This document shows, in pieces, positions 18,521 through 29,692 of a stretch of DNA of 64,000 bases. Origin of the DNA: an uncultured virus (IMG/VR IMGVR_UViG_3300035701_006463) (taxonomy: Duplodnaviria > Heunggongvirae > Uroviricota > Caudoviricetes). Each line of letters opens with the position of its first letter. Position 1 is the stretch's first letter. The notes beneath the pieces are model-generated. The model saw only the letters and a program-made list of their open reading frames with translations. It was not told where the DNA came from and searched no databases. The stretch lies in the IMG/VR virus record IMGVR_UViG_3300035701_006463; one strand, given 5' to 3'. Made by a program: the position numbers and the translations under genes.

Positions 18521-18550
18521 AAAATCTTAAATATGATAAATCAATATAAT
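18520..18550 (+). promoter_or_regulatory. Class 2 promoter
   Basis: AAAAATCTTAAATATGATAAATCAAT, near-identical to 33393. Confidence 0.7.
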
Positions 18551-18566
18551 AAATTGAGGGTGGTGG

Positions 18567-20630
18567 ATGGGAAAGAAGAAAGGGATGCGGGTTATGAAAG
18601 ACAAGGTAAGGGTTATTGATGGGGTCAAGTTCACATGGGACGGAACTAGACATGGTGATAAAGAAGCTATTGAGGAAAGAAAAAGGTTACTTAAGAAGCA
18701 CGGTTTCTTAGTTAGGGTATTCAAGAGAAAATCCGGGAATAAGTATGTATATATGATATACTCGCACTTAGGAGGATGAGTAAGCAGTGCCGAAGTGGTT
18801 GGTTGGGGTAGAGAAGGAACCCAGAGTGGGTATGATGAGACGGTCCAGGATTCCTGATAGTACCTTAAAAAATAAACATATAATAGAGGCTGGTTGGGCG
18901 TCCGAAGCAAGACAAATATACGCAAGGAGATACAACAAAGGTTCTAGTGTTTCTGTTGTAGTTCACGTTGTGAAGGTAAAGAAGTAATGGGTAAAAAATT
19001 TAAGGACGGTATGCGTTATTTGTACTGGGGTTCTCTCCCACCCATTGGTCTCGAAAAGCGTAAGGCAATTATAGCAAAACTAATATCTGAGGGGTGGGTA
19101 GTGCGTATTACTAAGGGTCGGTACGGTATAGGTAAGGACGTTTATAAACGTCGTCCAAAGAAGGGTGAGGAACCACGGCAAATAGGTATTTTCTAGATGT
19201 TGGTGGGAGGTAAATGAGAAAGGAAGAACTAGAACGATTAAAAAAGAAATACAAAGTTAAGAGGACAAAGACCACAAAACCATGTGTGGTTCCCTCGAAG
19301 ACATGTAGTCCGGTGAAGTATTTACTTAAGGGTGTAGATTTTCCCATTTGTGAAAAACACTTACCTGATATTTTGGGTCGTCTCAATAGAACGGATTGGA
19401 TATCAAAGGTTAGTGTAAGGAAGTAATGCCCGCAAACGAGTACCCAACCAGAATTATAGACGACAATCAACCATTCAAACTTGATAACTACTATCACGAA
19501 AAATCTCGCGCTAAGGCACGATTCAGGATGTGGCACTCCAGAGGGTACAGAGTGCGTACTTTCCGCAGAGGAGATTGGTTTGTTGTGTACATATCCGTCA
19601 AGCCCACGAAGGGCTAGGGAGGTAAAAAGGAATGAGTTTGACATACAGGACTGAAAGTGGAAATATAGCTAAATGTAAGAGATGTGGCACAGTTATTGTG
19701 TATCACCCGCGAAAGAGACGAGACTGGTCAGGAAAAGTGAAGCATAGACCATCTCCTTTTTGTCCCAAGTGCAAGAAGTTTATGATTTGGAAGACTATGA
19801 AGTACGTCCGGGAGGTTTGAGGCGAGTGCCCGCTACCAGTAAGACTGTTCAAGATCTTTTCAGGAGAGCTAGGAAACGGGCAAAATTATGTCCCGATAAT
19901 GAACATGATTGGAGGCCGTGGGGTGAGTGGAATCGTCGTTGGTATAGGGGTGGAAGAGTTTTATGGTTTAGGATTAGGACATGTAAGAGGTGTGGGAAGA
20001 GGGCTAGAGAAGATAGTTCTGTTCCAAAGTGGTGAGATGAAAGAAGGGGTTGAGGCATGACTATAAAACTTGGGTTTAAAGTCAAATGTCCACGTTGTGA
20101 TCACAAGGACGCAATGAAGCTCGTGAGAGCCGAAGGAATGGGTACGTATCGTTTAGAATGTAAATACTGTGGGCAGATGATTCATGGAAACACGAGACAT
20201 ATTGTGGATTTCAGGAGCCAAATAAAGAATAGGTTTCCAAGGTTAGTGGAGGGTTGATATGTGAGCCATGGGAGAGTTAGGGTTGATTATCCGGTATGTG
20301 GTTGTCCCATATCTTGGTGGCATTTTTACAGTTGTTGTAGACGCCGGGGAGTGTTATACTACCGAAGACTTGTTCGGGCTGGAGTCAAGGAGTTGTTAGA
20401 GAATGGTGAAGTCACAAAGTCAACTACATAGGCAAAAAACCCGTGCCAAGGGTAGGTATTCGAGGTATCCTAGGTGCGAGTTTTGTGGCAAAGTAATTCT
20501 CGGTGAATATTATAGTGACCCGAGGTGCAATAAGACAGGTGTAGGTGTAGTTCTTCACAAGAGCTGTGTTAAGAAGGTCCGAGGTTTAAGTGATAAGGAA
20601 TATGTTTTGAGACTCACAGGAAGGAAGTGA
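18567..20630 (+). CDS. Operon of about 10 small Lys/Arg-rich and Zn-ribbon proteins (18567..18779, 18787..18987, 18987..19196, 19214..19426, 19426..19617, 19632..19820, ~19820..20035, 20057..20257, 20403..20630)
   Basis: Tightly coupled 60-90 aa ORFs with GGAGG/GGTGA RBS, very basic, several CxxC pairs. Confidence 0.7.
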
Positions 20631-20692
20631 AGATGGATGTTTCCAATAAGGTACGTGCTGGGCAGGATAATTAAGGAGAGGAGTGTTAGGTA

Positions 20693-21397
20693 GTGATAGT
20701 ATTTTTTTGCAACCTGCTCTTCTATCTAAGTCCGTACGTGGCAATGATACTGTGCGACCTCTCCTCGAGGATACCCGGGAAAATTAAGACAGTCCTCTCC
20801 AAGGTCTTTGGCATAGTTTTGGGATTGGCATTCCTGTTCTCAGCGATTGAATTCCTCATACTCGGGTATGTTAATGGAAACGGGTTTATCGCCCTATTCG
20901 ACTCTTTTATCCCAACATACCTAGCTCTTTTCTACACCGTCAGCACTATATTTTGTGTGGTTATTTTGTACTTAGAGGGACACTCTATCTACCACTCTTT
21001 TCTCTTTGGGTTCCTCATATCCTATGTTAATTCATTCTACTGGGAAGTGCCAGAAAACATCTACTGGCAACTCGTACGTGGGTACCACCCAGCCATAATC
21101 TTCGTCCTTCTCGGGGCATTCCCATACATATGGCTGGATAAGAAACTCGGCTGGAAGAAAAATAGATGTAATGTTCTCCTTGTCCTACTCGGGTGGGCTA
21201 CGACAACCTTGGGAGTCCTCACACTGAAGAGTAATATCTATACTAGCCCTACTGAGGCGTTATACTTCCTCTTTTGTCGAGGGGTTTGTCTCCTGGTTTT
21301 AATAAAGATATTTTTATCTGGGCAAGAGTTGGGGGGATTAAAACAGGTGTTTGGGTTGCAGAGAAGAAGAGGAGGAAAAGTAGGTGATCAAGATTAA
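20693..21397 (+). CDS. Polytopic membrane protein, paralog family B
   Basis: SFYWEVPENIYW, LLGAFPYIWLDKKLGW, SNIYT. Confidence 0.75.
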   Translation: MIVFFCNLLFYLSPYVAMILCDLSSRIPGKIKTVLSKVFGIVLGLAFLFSAIEFLILGYVNGNGFIALFDSFIPTYLALFYTVSTIFCVVILYLEGHSIYHSFLFGFLISYVNSFYWEVPENIYWQLVRGYHPAIIFVLLGAFPYIWLDKKLGWKKNRCNVLLVLLGWATTTLGVLTLKSNIYTSPTEALYFLFCRGVCLLVLIKIFLSGQELGGLKQVFGLQRRRGGKVGDQD

Positions 21398-21437
21398 GTT
21401 CTCTCATCCGTCTATTGGAGTACAAGGATGAATTGTT

Positions 21438-22643
21438 ATGAGGATTCTATATTTTTCATATTATTTTCTTCCCCATGTTGGAGCAGCTACTTGGTCAACA
21501 TATTATTTGTCCTCGGGTTTATCACTACGAGGCCACAAAATTAGTCTTATTGTACCTAATGTTCAATATGCATTATCGATTAACGATAGTACGGCCAAGA
21601 TTTTGGAGAAGGAAAACCCCGTAACACTTCATAGAACGCCCATCCTCCGTATGCCTCGGAATCTAGCCCCATTTCTTTCAGCTTTTTTCTTATTTTTTAA
21701 GGGACTGAGGGTTGGAAGAGGAGCAGATGTGATAATTTGCCAGTTTCATCCACATCACTTTGTCTTCGTAACCGGTCTCCTTATTGGAAGAATTTTTAGA
21801 ATTCCAGTTGTTGTGACGGCTTGTGACATATACAGAGAAATGGGGAGGAAGAATCTAGGGTTTATGGATAAGCTAATCAAGGTTGCCAACGTTTTTAATG
21901 AGCATTTTGTAAAGTATGCCAAGGCCTTTTTGGTCGTAAATTCAGAGAACAAGGAAATATTGGAATCCAGATTGGGGAATAAAGCTACAAGTTGTCACAT
22001 AGGTCTGAGTCACAATGGATTTAATTTATCCATGTTTAAGGATGCCCCAAATAAAGAAGAAACAAAAAAATCATTAGGTATTGAACCTGAGAAAAAGGTT
22101 CTTTTATTTGTAGGTCGTTTCTCTGGGGAAGAGTATGGAATTGAAGTTCTACTGAAAGCTATGCCCAATATTCTCACAAAAGTTCCTAATAGTATCCTCA
22201 TGCTCGTTGGTGATAAGATGACCTCTAATCAACAGGAACTTGTGAATTCATTAGGGATAAGTAAAAATATTAGGGTATACGGTCCGATGCCAAATAAAGA
22301 AGTCGTGAAATTCATTGTATCCGCTGATGTATGTGTGGGTCCTTTGATGCCCACATTGGCAACTCCGATGAAGGTATTAGAGTATATGGCCTGTGGAAAG
22401 CCCATGGTGACTGGAATAAAAAGCGTCAGTAAGGATATGAATCCAAATATTAACTTTCTCGTTGTTCCTCCAGAGCCAAAATCTGTTACAGAAGCGATCG
22501 TAAAAGTCCTGCAGGATAAGGAATATGCAAGAAAGCTTGGTTTAAATGGAGAGAGATTTGTAAGTAAATTTAATTGGGATAATATAGCGTACGACCTGGA
22601 ACGAGTACTGGTTCAGGTGTGTACGAGAGGTGAGATAGAATGA
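21438..22643 (+). CDS. GT4 glycosyltransferase
   Basis: LLFVGRF, PMKVLEYMACGKPMV. Confidence 0.92.
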   Translation: MRILYFSYYFLPHVGAATWSTYYLSSGLSLRGHKISLIVPNVQYALSINDSTAKILEKENPVTLHRTPILRMPRNLAPFLSAFFLFFKGLRVGRGADVIICQFHPHHFVFVTGLLIGRIFRIPVVVTACDIYREMGRKNLGFMDKLIKVANVFNEHFVKYAKAFLVVNSENKEILESRLGNKATSCHIGLSHNGFNLSMFKDAPNKEETKKSLGIEPEKKVLLFVGRFSGEEYGIEVLLKAMPNILTKVPNSILMLVGDKMTSNQQELVNSLGISKNIRVYGPMPNKEVVKFIVSADVCVGPLMPTLATPMKVLEYMACGKPMVTGIKSVSKDMNPNINFLVVPPEPKSVTEAIVKVLQDKEYARKLGLNGERFVSKFNWDNIAYDLERVLVQVCTRGEIE

Positions 22644-22722
22644 ACTACATCTTGTTATTCAATCTCATGTTTTGCTTAGTACCTTACATCCCGATGGTGT
22701 TACTCGACCTAACACCTTCTCA
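22640..22722 (+). pseudogene. 5' remnant of a third family B membrane gene
   Basis: MNYILLFNLMFCLVPYIPMVLLDLTP matches ILNILYYMFPYVVMILYDLTP and FFCNLLFYLSPYVAMILCDLS; similarity ends abruptly. Confidence 0.65.
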
Positions 22723-23318
22723 TACGTTGTCGAGAACCACGGGCTCCCTTCTAGTGGCATTGTCCTACCCGCAACTTTTTTCAATCCCATGTTTTCAGCC
22801 AAATTCACGGGGGCACCATGCTTGGTGCAGTACATTAGCCTGTCTTCATCGATCCACATGTTATATTTGTGCAACCCAAGCCAATTGGTGCGCTCACCTT
22901 CGTTCACATTGCCCTGTACCATGATGTACCCACCCACTTTGGTTAAGGAGACCATGTTTCTGAAACATTTCAGTGGGTTATTCGAATGGTCCAGCGAGTT
23001 GCTCGCGTACGACATGTGGAATGTGTTTGGAGGGAATAGTATGTCTACAGTTTCACCGTGACCTTTGACTAGGAATTGCTCGCCGCCGAGGTGCTTCTTG
23101 TACTCGTCGGCAAGTGGGTCCACCGCGACGAGGTCAAAAAGCTCCTTCCTGTAGCCCTCGGTGAGTCTCGATTTGGGACCCGGGCCCAGCTCCAGTACTT
23201 GTATTTTTTCACCAAACCTCTCCTTCAACCTCTCTATCGTAGGTTCAATATCTTCATGCATAGGCTCAATCCAACCCTCTGGGCGTTTATTCTTCAATTC
23301 ATCCTCCCAATACCCCAT
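22665..23318 (-). CDS. Class I SAM-dependent methyltransferase
   Basis: VLELGPGP, AVDPLA, NSLDHS; probable start MGYWEDE. Confidence 0.85.
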   Translation of the reverse strand: MGYWEDELKNKRPEGWIEPMHEDIEPTIERLKERFGEKIQVLELGPGPKSRLTEGYRKELFDLVAVDPLADEYKKHLGGEQFLVKGHGETVDILFPPNTFHMSYASNSLDHSNNPLKCFRNMVSLTKVGGYIMVQGNVNEGERTNWLGLHKYNMWIDEDRLMYCTKHGAPVNLAENMGLKKVAGRTMPLEGSPWFSTTYEKVLGRVTPSGCKVLSKT

Positions 23319-23441
23319 TTCTGTTCCCAGTCTCCAGTTACCTTTTAATGTGTATTTCAATGTCCATTTTACGTACATAAGAGCCTTACCTTCTATTATT
23401 GTGGTTGAGACTTTTTTTATAAGATTTAGTAACATATGCTC

Positions 23442-24566
23442 CTACCTCGTTTGCAGTAATTTTTTATATATATGTACGACTTTCTTTGTTGTATTTTTCC
23501 AACTATGGGTATTCTCAACAAATTTTCTCCCCCTATAACCCATGTTTCTTCTCTCCTTATCGTTGTTTAGTAGGAACAGGATTCTTTCAGCCATTTTTTT
23601 TGTATCTTCTGTTTCGGTGAGAAAGCCTGTTACCCCATCTTCTATTATTTCTGGTATACCGCCGACGTTTGATGCCACTACGGGTACTTGTGATGCCATA
23701 GACTCCAATATCGCTAATGGACAACTTTCGGTGTATGACGGTAAGAACGATACAGAGGACTTGGCAAAAATTCCCGGGACTTGAGAGTTGGGAACGGCAC
23801 CCCAGAAACATACAGGTAGCCCGTTTAATCTTTCTTCTAGATATTGCCTATCGTACCCATCTCCCACAAGCCAGAACTGTACGTCCCTCCGTTCCTTGTG
23901 TACTCGTTTGATTATATCAGGGATCAGGTGACTTCCTTTTAGCCGAACTAGTCTAGCAAGGAAGGTTACTATTGGTGGATTCTCTGGAGCAGAGTAGAAA
24001 TCATCTACAAATATACTGTTGGGTATTTGTATAATGCGTGATGGGTCAGCTCCAAACCTGTTGATGGCGTTATCAGCATCATCCTTACTACTAGCCATTA
24101 TAGCATCGGCTGCCTGAACTGTCCACTTTCCCACAGTGAAGTCGTAGATTTTCTTGACTATCATGGGTGACCTACCATACACTTTTGTTGAGATAGGCGA
24201 TGTCCCTCCATGCAGATGTAGGACGAAAGGGAATTTTCTCTTTTTCCTATACAGGGCGGCTTGATTGCTCATAAAGTATATGTAGGAGTGTACATGTACT
24301 ATATCGGCCCAGTCTACTCCTTCAGATAGTTTCTGGTAGATAAAAGCCAGGGGATTTAGTAGTAGCATGTGTCTGTAGTTTTTAAAATAGTAACAGGGGA
24401 CACCCTCCACTACGTCAAATTTTGTGGAGTTCTTTATACTTGTGAACACTCTAACATTATGTCCATTCTTAATCAGTGACTTGCATAAGTTGAAGCAGAA
24501 TCTCTCACTTCCCCCTTCAATTGGGGGCGCATATGGAGGTATATGAAGGATATTTACGGTGAACAC
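23442..24566 (-). CDS. GT4 glycosyltransferase
   Basis: GGSER, LPSYTESCPLAILESMASQVPVVASNVGGIPE. Confidence 0.93.
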   Translation of the reverse strand: MFTVNILHIPPYAPPIEGGSERFCFNLCKSLIKNGHNVRVFTSIKNSTKFDVVEGVPCYYFKNYRHMLLLNPLAFIYQKLSEGVDWADIVHVHSYIYFMSNQAALYRKKRKFPFVLHLHGGTSPISTKVYGRSPMIVKKIYDFTVGKWTVQAADAIMASSKDDADNAINRFGADPSRIIQIPNSIFVDDFYSAPENPPIVTFLARLVRLKGSHLIPDIIKRVHKERRDVQFWLVGDGYDRQYLEERLNGLPVCFWGAVPNSQVPGIFAKSSVSFLPSYTESCPLAILESMASQVPVVASNVGGIPEIIEDGVTGFLTETEDTKKMAERILFLLNNDKERRNMGYRGRKFVENTHSWKNTTKKVVHIYKKLLQTR

Positions 24567-25162
24567 CCCACAGTTTTTCTGACTATCACTATCATGTCTT
24601 CTCTTAGGTAGTTAGGTAGGACTAGATGAATTGTTTCTCTGAGCCAATAAAAATGAGGTAGTCCATCTTCTTCTCCCGAGGTGTACTTATCGTATGGAAC
24701 GTATTTGGTTTCTTTCACTGAGAATCCTTGTGCGATCAGCTCCTTGAGCAACTCGTCTTCATTCATTATATTTAGGTGCCAGTGGTGATGGTACGATTTT
24801 GTGATTCTGTTCCACCACGAGTCCCTGTTTGGTGTTGTGATTATTAGTGCACCGTTTTTGATTAGGCATAAGAAGCATTCTTTTAGAAACTGTGTTGGGT
24901 CTTTGAAATGTTCAATTATTTCTCCAGCTATAATGATAGCGAATATGTTGGGTTTAAACGGTAATGAATTAGCCGATCCACGTATGAAGAGGGGCTCTTT
25001 CTTCGGGTCTATATCGAGCCCAACTACGTCTCTATGTTTTTGGAGCTCGCTATGTAGAGTGAATTGTGATGATCCAACATCTAGTATTTGTCCTTCTGTT
25101 GGGTTGATATATTTGAGAATGATTGGTAGTCTGTGGAACGGAGGTTGTTTTATTTTCATCAA
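24554..25162 (-). CDS. Class I SAM-dependent methyltransferase
   Basis: ILDVGS, AGEIIEH, IITTPN. Confidence 0.88.
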   Translation of the reverse strand: MMKIKQPPFHRLPIILKYINPTEGQILDVGSSQFTLHSELQKHRDVVGLDIDPKKEPLFIRGSANSLPFKPNIFAIIIAGEIIEHFKDPTQFLKECFLCLIKNGALIITTPNRDSWWNRITKSYHHHWHLNIMNEDELLKELIAQGFSVKETKYVPYDKYTSGEEDGLPHFYWLRETIHLVLPNYLREDMIVIVRKTVGCSP

Positions 25163-25557
25163 TTACCACTCAACATGTAAGCTGCACCTATCATGCTGAG
25201 TAGCGTGCCCAAAGCGACTAACCCAGCTGCCCACCATACTATTTTGTCGGCGAGGAGTTTTTCACTTAACCACAGGACTACTAGCATCGAGACGACGGAT
25301 ATTGGGGCTGATATCAGGGCTGTAAAGGCGTAGGTTTGACTGAGTTTCAGTCTCTCTCGTATGTATGCGTCAAATAACCATGTTAGCTGTGCAACACCCA
25401 TTATTGCTAAAAAGGGGAGTGTGAATCTTAGATCCTTTATGTGCTCCCACGGTGACTCAAACACGGTTTTGTCTTGCATGAGGGTTTGTTTCAGGAAGTT
25501 CACAAACTGCCCGAAGAACCCAGCCCAGATAAAAAAGATAACTTCGAGAATATTCAT
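25159..25557 (-). CDS. 4-TM membrane protein
   Basis: Hydrophobic profile. Confidence 0.6.
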   Translation of the reverse strand: MNILEVIFFIWAGFFGQFVNFLKQTLMQDKTVFESPWEHIKDLRFTLPFLAIMGVAQLTWLFDAYIRERLKLSQTYAFTALISAPISVVSMLVVLWLSEKLLADKIVWWAAGLVALGTLLSMIGAAYMLSGN

Positions 25558-25742
25558 TCTTTCTCCTCCTCTACGGTGGACCAACCTAGTAGCCTACGCA
25601 GGGTGGCCTCGTATGAGATGTCGATCTGTTCCTCTTTGATTCTGTCTATGAAGCCCCTACTGACCCGAAGGGTTGTGTAACTCTCTTTCTCCAATTGTAT
25701 TATGAACCCACATTTTGGACAGGTTATTGATTTGGTCGTCAT
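25554..25742 (-). CDS. Zn-ribbon plus RHH-like DNA-binding protein
   Basis: CPKCG; TTLRVS...SYEATLRRLL resembles 51030..51218. Confidence 0.6.
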   Translation of the reverse strand: MTTKSITCPKCGFIIQLEKESYTTLRVSRGFIDRIKEEQIDISYEATLRRLLGWSTVEEEKE

Positions 25743-26632
25743 ATCAACATCCTCTTTATTCCTTCCTCTAGGCTTATCTTTGGTGTCCAACTTAACTTAT
25801 CCTTCGCGCAGGATATATCGTAACTCATTCGCCATATCTCCCCAATGGGGGCGGGTGCAACGCTGGGCTGAACACTTACCCCCAGAATCCTTTGTACCAT
25901 CGCATAGAGTTTATTGATGCTCGTCTCAATGCCACTGCCCAGTAGAATCGGGCCACCATAATCATCCTCAGTGGCCATTAGAAGAGCATCAACGACATCC
26001 GATACATAAACAAAGTCACGAGTTTGTTCCCCGCTACCCGTGATGTAAGGTTGACCTCCGCTTTTGAGTTGCTTCAGAAAGGTAGCTATCACAGGTCGCC
26101 AATCATCTGAGACTCGTTGCCTTGAACCGTAGACGGTGCTAAATCGGAAGATCGTGTGAGGTACATTGAAGCATTGGATCATGTGCTCTGCTGCGAGTTT
26201 GTCTACGTCGTAGGGTGTTGTCGGCTTCTCGGGGTTGCCCTCCCGTATCGGCTGAACATGACTATCGTAGATTCCACTATTTGAACTAAAAATTATATGG
26301 CTGCCATGCTTCTCCGCATATTCGAGGACATTAACGGTACCCTTCACATTCACCTCAACATCGCGCTGAGGATAGTTGAAGCTCATGCTCCGAGGCCAAC
26401 AGGCGAGGTGAACCACGACATCAGTTTTAAAGGGTACTTTCTCCAGCATCCCGTCCAAACTAATGTCCAGAACCCTGAACTGGATCGCTCCAGATTCGAT
26501 GTAATCAGCGATGTTCTCCCGTCGACCATTACTGAGGTCGTCAACCACATAGACCTCATCACCCCGATTTACTAGGGCATCAACTAGGTGGCTTCCGATG
26601 AAGCCAGCTCCACCAGTGACAAGTACCTTCAT
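25739..26632 (-). CDS. NAD-dependent sugar epimerase/dehydratase
   Basis: VTGGAGFIGSH, YxxxK (YDVDK), QTRDFVYVSDV. Confidence 0.95.
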   Translation of the reverse strand: MKVLVTGGAGFIGSHLVDALVNRGDEVYVVDDLSNGRRENIADYIESGAIQFRVLDISLDGMLEKVPFKTDVVVHLACWPRSMSFNYPQRDVEVNVKGTVNVLEYAEKHGSHIIFSSNSGIYDSHVQPIREGNPEKPTTPYDVDKLAAEHMIQCFNVPHTIFRFSTVYGSRQRVSDDWRPVIATFLKQLKSGGQPYITGSGEQTRDFVYVSDVVDALLMATEDDYGGPILLGSGIETSINKLYAMVQRILGVSVQPSVAPAPIGEIWRMSYDISCAKDKLSWTPKISLEEGIKRMLI

Positions 26633-28182
26633 TTTATTACCTCCTTGTTTCTTAGTCCTCTTTTCTTTAAAATATATCCTACCAAGTGTCCGAATTGGTT
26701 GTGCTCTTGGTCCTGTTCAGCTATTTTTCGGGCTACCTTGTTTATCTCCGCGCTCCACTTTGGCTCCTGCGGTGCGACTAGGAGTGGGTGGACTATGCGG
26801 CTGATCAAGAAGTAGGTGCCCCAATGACACTTCTTTTCTATTTCAAAGTATTGGTATAACTCGACCTCGATCTGTTTCTCCCTGAACTTGAGGCTACTTA
26901 CGTTGTCCTCGCTTCGATCAGGAATAGGTTGGAGACCCACACTGGTTCTGAGTTTATTCATATTTTCTAGCCCGTCTAGGCTTCCTTCTACCATGACGTA
27001 GGTTCCATTGTTTTTGAGGACGCGGTGTATCTCTCTCAATGTTTTTCTTTGTGTATCCCAATCAGGTAAATTTAATAGAAACCGCTCCGTCACCACAACA
27101 TCGAAACTCTGCGGATCGTAGGGGAGATGCTTTCGACAGTCATAAACAAAGAAGTCTATTTTTCCCTTTAACGGCTCAAATCTCTTAGCCAACTTAGCTG
27201 CCCCATTGAGCTGATTTTGGCTGATATCTAACCCGGTAACTTCAGAATCGTATTGCTGTGCTATGCGGATGTCAGTATAACCGTTTCCGCACCCGAGGTC
27301 CAGCACCTTCAAACCTTCTCTCAGATTCTCTAGGATGAACTTAACTTCGAGTTCCCGCATGTTAAAGTCTCGGCTAGTTGCGTAGATCTCACCGGAGTCC
27401 ATTGCATTGTACCGTTTCCTGACTTCCTCAGCCTTATCGTCGGGTGTAAACTGCGAGTACTGGCTATCGCGGGCTTGTCCCTGGATCATTTCGTAGATAT
27501 CGGTGAGATAATAGATTCCTAGTCCGGATTGGTCACGCACGAAGTCGATTATCTCTTCAAGGATTGTTCGGATTCCCTCACCTTGGAACGGGTTAAAAAC
27601 GCTCATTTTCTTAGCTGAATCATAGTATTTCATGTTTGGTGTATTTAGATAGATGTGGATGGGGTGAAAGTTGAATATCTTTAGTCCAGGCGTAGTTAGA
27701 TGTGGTTCTAAATCGTAGAATTTCATTGGTCCATTTTGTAGGAGGTAATCGTCTTCTAGGAATACAGGTAAACATAGGCTCCCGCTTTGGTGTTTCAGTG
27801 GGATGATTCTTTCCTGTAGATGCAGGGCTAGGTTTGAGTTGAACTTGTATCCAGCCTTGAAGAGCATCCTCGAAATGTTGGTGTCCTCGTAGAAGCCGTG
27901 GCATCGATAGAATCTTGAAAGTGGTTGAAGTTTCCGTATGTACTGTATGACTTCTTCTGGGTTGTTACCTTGGGTTGAATCACTTCTGAAGTTTGGATGT
28001 ACCCCCACATAGCGTTTCTTGTCGTTTGGGTAAGTTGTGTTAATTAGGTGGCTTGGATGCGTAACGAAGGGTGTCAGAGGAACCTTATGCTGAACATCGA
28101 AACAGTTCTTAATCATTTCTTCCGTTGCCCACTCTAGGTCGCTCGTGAAGCAATACATGGGTTGCTTTGTGATGTTCATCAA
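26629..28182 (-). CDS. Polysaccharide deacetylase-like (WbmS-like) domain fused to SAM methyltransferase
   Basis: TSDLEWA, GVHPNF, FNFHPIHIYLN; then VLDLGCGNG. Confidence 0.8.
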   Translation of the reverse strand: MMNITKQPMYCFTSDLEWATEEMIKNCFDVQHKVPLTPFVTHPSHLINTTYPNDKKRYVGVHPNFRSDSTQGNNPEEVIQYIRKLQPLSRFYRCHGFYEDTNISRMLFKAGYKFNSNLALHLQERIIPLKHQSGSLCLPVFLEDDYLLQNGPMKFYDLEPHLTTPGLKIFNFHPIHIYLNTPNMKYYDSAKKMSVFNPFQGEGIRTILEEIIDFVRDQSGLGIYYLTDIYEMIQGQARDSQYSQFTPDDKAEEVRKRYNAMDSGEIYATSRDFNMRELEVKFILENLREGLKVLDLGCGNGYTDIRIAQQYDSEVTGLDISQNQLNGAAKLAKRFEPLKGKIDFFVYDCRKHLPYDPQSFDVVVTERFLLNLPDWDTQRKTLREIHRVLKNNGTYVMVEGSLDGLENMNKLRTSVGLQPIPDRSEDNVSSLKFREKQIEVELYQYFEIEKKCHWGTYFLISRIVHPLLVAPQEPKWSAEINKVARKIAEQDQEHNQFGHLVGYILKKRGLRNKEVIK

Positions 28183-29027
28183 TTACTCCACCCCGGGTTC
28201 AATATGATCGTTGGGTCGTTGCACTGTTTTTTCACGACCTCCAAGATGGTCATATTATTATTCTGTGGAAACCTCTTTGTGATGTTAAAACGATCTGTAT
28301 TAATCAGCATAACAGATTTTACGACGATAGTTCCGTTTAACCATTGATATAGTATACACTCGAAATAATTATCGCGTAGCGGAACGAGGTTTGACCACCC
28401 CACCCAACTGGTGATATTATTCCACCCATGCAAGCTAGGTGAGATGGGTATGATTTTTGGTATATCTCCAAAAACCAATTGTAGCACAGTCGCCCTCCTG
28501 TTCGTCTCACAGTCGATATAGTATATGTTAAGATCGGGGTCCTGCACTTCCCAGTTTAATGTTTCTGGATTTAGAACCTCTAGAAATGTATGTCCACGAA
28601 CCTCATCATAGTTATCGGAGTATATATGGATCAACCTACTCTCCACCTTAACGTAATCCAATATACTTTTCATGGCCATTGTACGAGAGCCGCACGCTAG
28701 ATGCGGCGGCGGAGCATTATTTTTGTAGGTATCAATGAGGCGAGATAGGATATAAGGAATATTTTGGTAATATGTGTAAAATTCTTCGTCCACTAAATAT
28801 ATACTATTGTCATACACAAACGATCTAATTCTATCAATCGATTCTGTAGAATTATTATAATCTACCAGATTAATTATTTCGTCTATATATCGGATCTCAT
28901 TAAGCGAGAAATTCTCTTTGTCTTGCTTGTGTTGGACAGGAAATACCAACACTAAAACACTGGTTAGTATAAAAATAGTCAGGATTAGATTTAGCTTTTT
29001 TCTCAAGCCTTCGCTCGTATAAACCAC
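28179..29027 (-). CDS. Secreted transglutaminase-like protein
   Basis: N-terminal TM; ACGSR...GHTFLEV...QDPD Cys-His-Asp pattern. Confidence 0.65.
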   Translation of the reverse strand: MVYTSEGLRKKLNLILTIFILTSVLVLVFPVQHKQDKENFSLNEIRYIDEIINLVDYNNSTESIDRIRSFVYDNSIYLVDEEFYTYYQNIPYILSRLIDTYKNNAPPPHLACGSRTMAMKSILDYVKVESRLIHIYSDNYDEVRGHTFLEVLNPETLNWEVQDPDLNIYYIDCETNRRATVLQLVFGDIPKIIPISPSLHGWNNITSWVGWSNLVPLRDNYFECILYQWLNGTIVVKSVMLINTDRFNITKRFPQNNNMTILEVVKKQCNDPTIILNPGWSN

Positions 29028-29692
29028 CCCTCGGCTGTATAGTTCTCATCAACCCTCTTTTTCTCAGTTACCGTCCAACCAGCTTTAAGGAGTAGACTTA
29101 AGACTTCTTTTAAGGTGAACCGGTACATGTGATACAGATCCGGCAAAGTTTTCTTTCGATAAACAGTTTCCCAGAGGCAGAGTTCATGCACTGTAACAAG
29201 AATCTTCAGAGACTCCAATGGGTTCTCGAAGTGGCCAAGGCTTGTGATTATCGTTGCTTTATCAAATTTGCCTTCTTTAACTATGTTCTCACATTCTTCT
29301 ATTCGTGCTTCTAGGTACTCCGTCACCCAAGGAGGTTGAACTATTATTGGTAGAGGGTCGACTCCTAAAACGAATCCCCCTAGTTTGATAGGGCAATAAC
29401 CAACTTCAGCGTAGGGTTTGCCTCCAATTAGGCCGTTCCCACATCCCACATCTATGAGTCGATTATAGTCACCTACGAACTCAGAGAATTGTTTACCCCG
29501 TTTCACGATAAAATCTAAATATTCTTCGTCCAGCGGCTTCTGTGACCACTCGTCGTAACGAACCTGAGTTCGATCCCATTTAACATGCTTTGGCAGATAG
29601 TACTCAAAAAGTGATCTACTTTTATTCCATAAATACTTGGGGCTATTTTTAATGACCCTTCTTACACGGTCAAACCGTTTTAGCACTTTCAC
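29003..29692 (-). CDS. Class I SAM-dependent methyltransferase
   Basis: IDVGCGNG, GVDPLP. Confidence 0.8.
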   Translation of the reverse strand: MKVLKRFDRVRRVIKNSPKYLWNKSRSLFEYYLPKHVKWDRTQVRYDEWSQKPLDEEYLDFIVKRGKQFSEFVGDYNRLIDVGCGNGLIGGKPYAEVGYCPIKLGGFVLGVDPLPIIVQPPWVTEYLEARIEECENIVKEGKFDKATIITSLGHFENPLESLKILVTVHELCLWETVYRKKTLPDLYHMYRFTLKEVLSLLLKAGWTVTEKKRVDENYTAEGWFIRAKA

